A stretch of DNA of 64,000 nucleotides from the human T2T-CHM13v2.0 reference genome, Homo sapiens: NCBI RefSeq assembly GCF_009914755.1, contig NC_060930.1, one strand, 5' to 3'. A program made the translations under genes and the position numbers. Numbering within the stretch: position 1 is the first letter of the stretch; every line of letters begins with the position of its first letter. A model generated the notes under the pieces. It was not told the origin of the DNA. It saw only the letters and a program-made list of their open reading frames with translations, and searched no databases. This document shows positions 56,379-64,000 of the stretch, in pieces.

Positions 56379-57564
56379 AATCTGATTTTTAATAAGCAGA
56401 CCATGGTATTCCAAGCCACACTTTGGAGGGGGCAGGGGTTTGGCCCATAGCCAACCCAGGCAGGGGGTGACCTTCCTTCTGGAAGGTATCAGGTGAATGA
56501 ACTTTAGGGAAGAAAGGTCAATTGCTGGTCCACAGCGCTGAAGCAGAAAAGCCAGTTTCCGACTATATCCACAGTGAGAGTTGCCTTCTCTAGTCAGCCT
56601 GGCAGTCACTGGCCCCACTGTTGGCGTGCTATTCCACTCTATAAGGCCACTAAACCTTGAGTTCCTAGAGAACAGGGATGCATTCTCTTCGTCACTTTGG
56701 TAGCCTCAGTTCCATAGCAAATGCCCTCTCTCTGAACTTCTCCACCTCATCCTTAAAATCTGAGCACACCTATCGCTTTCTCAGAGAAGTCCAACAGTTT
56801 GAGGGCCAGGGCAGAGCTCTACCAGAGCAGAGCATCAAGAGTGGGTCTGATGGCTCCGAGAAGCGGCAGGATCTTGCAAGGCTGTGTTGAACATTTTACT
56901 TTGACCAAAGGACAAGGAGAACTCCCTGTAGACAGTCTTAAAGCAGAAGAGTAACAGGAGCAAACTTGTACTTGAATAATATTTGAAAGAGAGGAGAGTC
57001 CATTTCCCAAAGTGCTTCCCTCCCCTACTTGTCACAGAGCCTACAATAACACCATTAAAAATTGACTTATTTTTGTTATGCACAATCCTATCTAGACATT
57101 CTCTTCTGAAACATAAATACTCTTGGAAGGACTAATCCCTTAAGTAATAAACAACTTGGAGAGGGTTTTTAAATTAGATAGTTTCCTGCTAACTAAAGAG
57201 ACTTAAGAAAGCCTAAGTTCTTCAGGTGAGGAATGCTAGAGGGATACAAGGTGGGGGGAAGATGAGAGGGTAGTGAGGAGTGGTTATGTCAAGGGCTGAG
57301 CCTAGGAGGAAAGGTGGGGGCCATGGCAGCCAGTCAAGATGCCATATTGCTTCAAAGCACCAAAGGGAGAGTTACCTGGAAAAGATATGGAGAAATTGAA
57401 CTTTGATATGAACACTATTCTTATTACACCAGATAGAAATGTCACAATATGGATAAAATGGACAAATTACTGAAAAATACAATCTAACAACACTCAAGAA
57501 GAAATAGATAACCAAAATAGGCCTACATCTATTAAAGAAATTGAATATGCAGTTAAAAACCTTC

Positions 57565-57976
57565 TGATATAGTTTGGATGTTTGTCCTCTCCAAATCTCG
57601 TGTTGAAATGTAGTCCCTAATGTTGGAGGTGGGGCCTGGTGGGAGGGGTTTGGATCATGGATCCTTCATGAATGTCTTGGTGCCATCCTCCCCAGTAATG
57701 AGTGAATTCTCAGTTATGAGTTCACACAATATCTGGTTGTTTGAAAGAGTCTGGAACTTCCTCCTCCTTCTCTCTTGTTCCTTCTCTCACCATGTGATTC
57801 AGGGACCGCTTCATCTTCTGCCATGACTGGAAGCTTCCTGAGGCCCTCAACAGAAGCAGATGCTGGCACTATGCTTCATGTACAGCCTACAGAACCATGA
57901 GCCAAATAAATCTCCTTTCTTTATAAATTATCCAGTCTCAGGTATTCCTTTATAGCAATGCAAATAGACTAACACA
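57565..57976 (+). mobile_element. MSTB-type LTR inserted in L1 ORF2 fragments (~57430-59710)
   Basis: tgatatagtttggatgtttgtcc...caggtattcctttatagcaatgcaaatagactaacaca. Confidence 0.87.
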
Positions 57977-58003
57977 TGTTTCCACAAAGAAAACCCCAGG
58001 GTT

Positions 58004-58409
<406 letters not shown>

Positions 58410-59147
58410 TCACTGAATGGTCCAGCATTACTCTGATATCAAAACCAGGTAAAGACCTTATAAGGCAAGAAAACTATACACCAATATACCTATATGAACA
58501 TAGATGCAATAATTCTCAACAAAACTTTAGCAAATTGGATGTCTCTTTATATTTAAAAGGACAAGTACATCATGAGCACATGAGATTTATCACAAGAATG
58601 CAAGAGTGATTTAACATCTGAAAATCAAGCAATATAATTTACCATACTAACAGACCATATGAAAAAACATGATTATCCCAGTCAATGCAAAAAACACATT
58701 TGGGAGAAGCCAACACCTTTTCATAATAAAAACACTGAACAAACTAAGAATAGAAGGGAATTACATCCATCTCATAAAGGGCATCTCCAAAAAACAACCC
58801 ATAGCTAACAGTATACTTCATGTGAAAGACTGTATGTTTTCTCCCTAAGATTGGGAACTAGACAAAGATGTCTGTTCTCACTGCTTCTATTCAGCTTTGT
58901 ATGGGGGGTTCTAACCAGAGCATTAGGTGGAAAAAAAGGCATTCAGATTGAAAAGGAAGAAATAAAACTGTGTTTATTCACAGATGACATGGTCAAATAT
59001 AGAGAAAATCTGATGGAATCTATTTTTAATAGCTACTAGAATAAGTGATTTTAGCAAAGTTACAGGATATAAGATTAATATACAACAGTCTACTGTATTT
59101 CTATATACTAGTAAGGAACAATTAGAAATTGGAATTTTTTAAATACT

Positions 59148-59624
59148 GTTTTCTTCTTTTTTTTTTTTTTTTTTTTTGATATAGGGTCTTACTGTGTTGT
59201 CCAGGCCGGACTGCAGTGGAATGATCATAGTCCACTGCAGCCTCAACCTCCTGGGCTCAAGTGATCCTCCCACCTCAGCCTCCTGAGTATTTGTGACTTC
59301 AGGCATGCACCACCATGCCCAGCTAATTTTGTAAATTTTTATTTATTTTTTCTTTTTTCCCCTCTTTTGTAGAGAACACGGTCTCGCTATATTGCCCAGG
59401 CAGGTCTCAAACTCCTGGGCTTAAGCTATACCCCACCTTTGCTTCCCTAAATGATAGGATTACAGGCATGATCCACTATGCTTGGCTATTTTTATTTCTT
59501 TTGTAAAGTGGAGGTCTCACTATGTTGCCTAGGCTGATCTTGAACTCCTAGGCTCAAGCAATCCTCCTATCTCAGCCTCCCAAAGCCATGCTGGGATTAC
59601 AGGCATGAGCCACCAAGCCCAGCC
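59148..59624 (-). mobile_element. AluJ split in its middle A-rich linker by a nested monomer
   Basis: Right arm ~59178-59335, left arm ~59490-59624. Confidence 0.85.
59345..59486 (-). pseudogene. BC200 (BCYRN1)-type retropseudogene
   Basis: Reverse complement ATAGCTTAAGCCCAGGAGTTTGAGACCTGCCTGGGCAATATAGCGAGACCGTGTTCTC carries BC200 diagnostics not found in FLAM-C. Confidence 0.8.
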
Positions 59625-60572
59625 TAAAATACCATTTTCAATAACACTTAAAATATACTTAGGGATAAATCTGACAAAAATGTGCAAGATCTGTAAACTG
59701 AAAACTAGGTATGAACATGTATTGTGCAACTTGCTCTTTCCCTTGAACATCTGTTTGTGAAATTCATCCATATTGATACATGCAGCTCTAATCCATTCTT
59801 TTTCATTGCTACATAGTATTCCATTGTCTCAATAAACCACAATTTACTTAACCATTTTCTTATTGATGGACAGGCAGGTTATAGCCAAAATCTTACTACA
59901 GCACCATTGCTATAAACTGTCCCTCTGTACATATTTGTGAGTTTTTCTAAGGTATATCTCCAGGAGTTGCTGTGTTATATGTATACCCTATAACACAACA
60001 ACCCCTGGAAAACTGCTTAGAAAAACTTAAAATATTAAATATTGCCAAATTGCTTTCTAAAGTGATTATAACAATTTACCTTCCACTCAAGAGAGTATAA
60101 AAGTTCTAATGTCCCCACATCTTTGCCAATACTTGGATCATCACACTCTTAAAGATTAGTCCATTAAAGAGATGTAAAATAGTATTATATTGGGGTTTTA
60201 ATTTGCATTTCTCTAATTAGTAGTGAGGTTTTACATCTTTTCATATGTTCATTGATCATTTGAGTTTTCTCTTCTGATAATTGTTTATTCATATTTTTTG
60301 CACATTTTTCTATTAAGTTATTTTTATTTATATTGATTTGTAAGTGTTCTTTGCAGAATCTGGATACCTATCTTTTGTCAGTTAAGTGTTATGAGTAATT
60401 GTGTTTTCAATCTCTTTAATGTGTCTTTTGATAATCAAAAGTTTTTAAAATTTTAATGGTGTCAAATTCATAAATGTTTTCCTTTAAGGTTTGTGATTTT
60501 GTGTCTTATTTTAAATTTTTTTCATTACCATGAGGCCACAAAAATATTCCCTTCTATTTTCTTCTAAAAGTC

Positions 60573-60994
60573 TGTATTAGTCCCTTTTCACGTTGCTATA
60601 AAGAAACACCTGAGATGGCGTAATTTACAAAGAAAAGAATTTTAATTGGCTCACTGTTCTGTAGGCTGTACAGGAAGCATGGTGCTGGCATCTGCTCAGC
60701 TTCTGGGGAGGCCTCAGGAAACTTATAATCATAGCAGAGAGCAAAGGGCGAGCAGGCACGTCACATGGCCAGAGTGAAGCAAGAGAGGTAAAGAGCTGCT
60801 ACACACTTTTGCATGCCCAGATCTCACAGTAACTCACTCACTATCATGGAGAACAGCACCAAGATGTTGGTGCTAAACTATTCATGAGAAATCCCCCTCC
60901 ATGATCAGTCATCTCCCACCAGCCCTCACCTCCAACATTGGGGATTACAATTCGACGTGAGATTTGGGCAAGGACACAGATCCAAACCATATCA
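60573..60994 (-). mobile_element. MSTA-type LTR within L1ME fragments (~59720-61230, -)
   Basis: tgtattagtcc...ggctgtacaggaagcatggtgctggcatctgctc...ccaaaccatatca. Confidence 0.87.
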
Positions 60995-61547
60995 TCTTAA
61001 ATCCACTGGAACAGACTGATTTGTTTGAGGTAGAGATCCAGTTTTGTTTTTTTTCTCATATAGATGACAAATTGTACCAGCCCCATTTATTGACTACTCC
61101 ATCCTTTTCCTGCATTACCATCTCTGCCATCTACAAAGTTTCTATTTATGTGTGGGTTTATTCTGGGATCTCTAACTCTGTTCCATTGGTCTATTTATTT
61201 ACCCCTGTGCCCATGTGTCTTTATTATTTATTATAGCTTTACACAATTTGCTCCAATCAGTCTTTCACCCTTCCTACTCCAAAATAGTTCTTATCAAAGT
61301 CACCATGATCTGTATGTTGCCAATTTTGTTAATTCTTAATATTTATTTAACTTAATCTCCACTGTCAAATAATAATTATTTCAAAAAGTGAAATCATGGC
61401 TCACATACAAATATAAAATGAATACATGTAAATGATTTTATTTTACTCACTAATGAGGGAACCGGTAAGATGTTACAACCAGTTTAAAGAAGTTAATGAA
61501 ACTCACATACAAAAGCAATAAGGAATGCTATTCTAAATTTACAAATA

Positions 61548-63073
61548 CAGTTGCGCATTGCAAAACAACATTTTGGTCAACAATGGACCCCATATATGTT
61601 GGTATTCCCATAGGGTATAATGGAGCTGAAAAATTCCTGTTGCCTTGTAACATCATAGCTGTCCTAACATCATAGCACAATGCATTACGCAATGTATTTG
61701 TGGTGATGCTGGTGTAAACCAATTCACCGTACTACCAGTTGTATAAACGCATAGCACATACAATTATGTACAGTGCATAGGACTTGATAATGATCATAAG
61801 CAACTGTATTACTAGTTTACGTATTTACTATACTGTACATTCATCATTATTTTAGAGTGTACTCATCGTACTTATAAAAAAAGTTAGCTGTAGGCCGGGC
61901 TTGGTGGCTCATGCCTGTAATCCCAACACTTTGGGAGGCCGAGGCAGGCAGATCACCTGAGGTTGGGAGTTTGAGACCAGCCTGTCCAACATGGAGAAAC
62001 CCCGTCTCTGCAAAAAATACAAAATTAGCCAGGCGTGGTGGCGGGTGCCTGTAATCCCAGCTACTCGGGAGGCTGAGGCAGGAGAATCGCTTGAACCCGG
62101 GAGGCAGAGGTTGCGGTGAGCCAAGATCACGCATTGCACTCCAGCCTGGGCAACAAAAGTGAAACTCTGTCTCAAAAGAAAAAAAAAAGTTAGCTGTAAA
62201 ACAGCCTAAGATAAGTCCTTCAGGAGGTGCTCCAGAAGATGGCATTGTTGTCATAGGAGACGACAGCCCCAAGGATATTATTGCCCTTGAAGACATTCCA
62301 GTGGGACAAGGAGTAGAGGTGGAAGGCAGTGATATTGATAATCCTTACCCTGTGTGGCCTAGGCTAATGTATGTGTTTCTGTCTTCATTTTTAACAAAAA
62401 AGTTTAAAAAGTAAAAAAAAAAAATTTAAATTAAAAATGTTTATAGAATGAGGATATAAAGAACAAATATTTTTATACAGCTGTACAATGTGTTTGTGTA
62501 TTAAGCTAAATATTATTAGAAAACAGTCAACAAGATTGTTAAAATTTAAAAGTTCATAGGATAAAAATGTTACGGTAATCTAAGGTTAATTTATTATTGA
62601 AGAAAGAAAAAAACGTTAAATATATTTAATGTAGCCTAGGTGTACAGTGTTTATAAAATCTACCATCAGGTACAATAATGTCCTAAGCCTTCACATTTAC
62701 TATCTCTCACTCACTGGCTCCCCCAGGGCAGCTTCCAGTCCTGTAAGCTCCATTCATAGTAAGTGCACTACATACATGTAGCATTTCAAATCTTTTTTAC
62801 TGTATTTCTACTGTGCCTTTTTAATATTTAGATATGTTTAGATGCAGAAATATTCACCACTGTGTTCCAATTGCCTACAGCATTCAGTTCAGTAACATGC
62901 TGTTCAGGTTTGTAGCCTCGAAGCAATAGGCTGTACCCTACAGCCTGGTGCGTAGTGGGCTATACTATCTAGGTTTGTGTAAGCACACTGTATGATGTTT
63001 GCACAATGACAAAATTGCCTAGCAATACCGCATTTCTTAGAACATATCCTTGTGGTTAAGCATCACATGATTA
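61548..63073 (+). mobile_element. Tigger3b (Golem) interrupted by AluSp (61893-62188)
   Basis: TA-cag start, ggtcaacaatggacc...; same 3' module as the Tigger3a copies; Alu TSD aaaaaaagttagctgta. Confidence 0.85.
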
Positions 63074-63524
63074 TAGATGCAAAACTGGTTTATTCACAGG
63101 GCAATTGCATTCTACAAATTCCACCAGTGCAATTAATTGCATTGTACTGGACATAATTTGTTTTCATAGACAAGAATCATTTGCATTATTGTCAGTTTTC
63201 TACAACTTAAAAAGTTGTAAAATAGCTCAAAAGCAATGAAAAATAAATATAACCCTGAAGGGTATACTAGACAGAACACTCAATTTTTTTGTCCATTTCA
63301 GTGTATTTCACAACGTTTATTGGCACCATAATATTGGTTTGTCCTTCTTGAAACATCTTCCATCTCCCATGCCACCCCAATCTCTTAATTTGCCTGTTCC
63401 CTTGCTGCTTGTTATATCTCATTCTCTTAGATCCCTCTCCTCTTCCCAATTTCTAAGTGTTGGGTGCCCCAAGGCTCTGAGTTCTTCTCTTTTCTTTTTA
63501 CAGTCTACCTAGGTAATACCACCT

Positions 63525-63720
63525 CGTCTAAGATTTGGCAAACTATATCCTATGGGCCAAAATCTGACCCACTATCTGCTTTCTAAAATAAAGTTTTATT
63601 GGAACATGGTCATGATCATTCATTCACATATTGTCTATGGCTGCTTTCATATTATAATGGCAGAGTTGAGTGGTTGGGACAATCCTAAAACACTTACCAT
63701 CTTGTTCTTTACAGACAATC
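63525..63720 (+). mobile_element. MER58A-like hAT element within L2 fragments
   Basis: ttggcaaact...aataaagttttattggaaca...catattgtctatggctgctttc. Confidence 0.75.
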
Positions 63721-64000
63721 TTAATGGCTTTCAAAACATACATTGATAATCCCCAGAGTTACATGTCCAACATGACCTCATCCCAGCACTCTAGACTTGT
63801 TAACACCTCCACCTTCTCCACATCTCCACCACACATCCCAAAGCCACATTTCACCGTGGCCACCCTCACTCCTGTTCCTCTCCAGCACTTCCCATCTCGG
63901 TAAATGACATCCCTGTCCTTGAGTTGCTCAGGCCAAAACCCTTGGTGTCTTTTACTACTCCTCTTTTGCTTTCACACTCCATATCCTTTTCCATTAGAAA

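Overview
Human (primate) genomic DNA containing the complete 8-exon coding sequence of SLC22A16 (OCT6/CT2/FLIPT2 carnitine/organic cation transporter, known locus 6q21) on the minus strand. The ATG is at 55082 in a CpG island and the TAA at 3369-3371. All seven introns are GT-AG, and the coding exon lengths (53+480+118+532+128+110+100+213 = 1734 nt) give an intact 577-aa MFS/SLC22 protein. Most of the remaining sequence is transposable-element debris: about 20 Alu/FLAM SINEs, MIR and L2 fragments, several L1s (one nearly full length), MaLR/ERV solo LTRs (MLT1, MST, THE1, MLT2, LTR13) and DNA transposons (full-length HSMAR2, three Tigger3, MER1B, MER5, Charlie, MER58). I see no evidence for a new multi-gene system. 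The most interesting observations are small structural ones: a BC200-type retrocopy nested in an AluJ, a tailless 7SL retropseudogene with a long TSD, a 5'-truncated AluYa5-type insertion just past the poly(A) signals, an orphan MER41-like fragment fused to a ~560-bp palindromic AT array, several templated-insertion/fold-back scars, an 88-nt hairpin, a possible poison 3' splice site at exon 5 and a solo LTR13 next to exon 2. Repeat subfamily names were recognised by eye from remembered consensus sequences, and repeat boundaries are approximate unless a TSD is cited.
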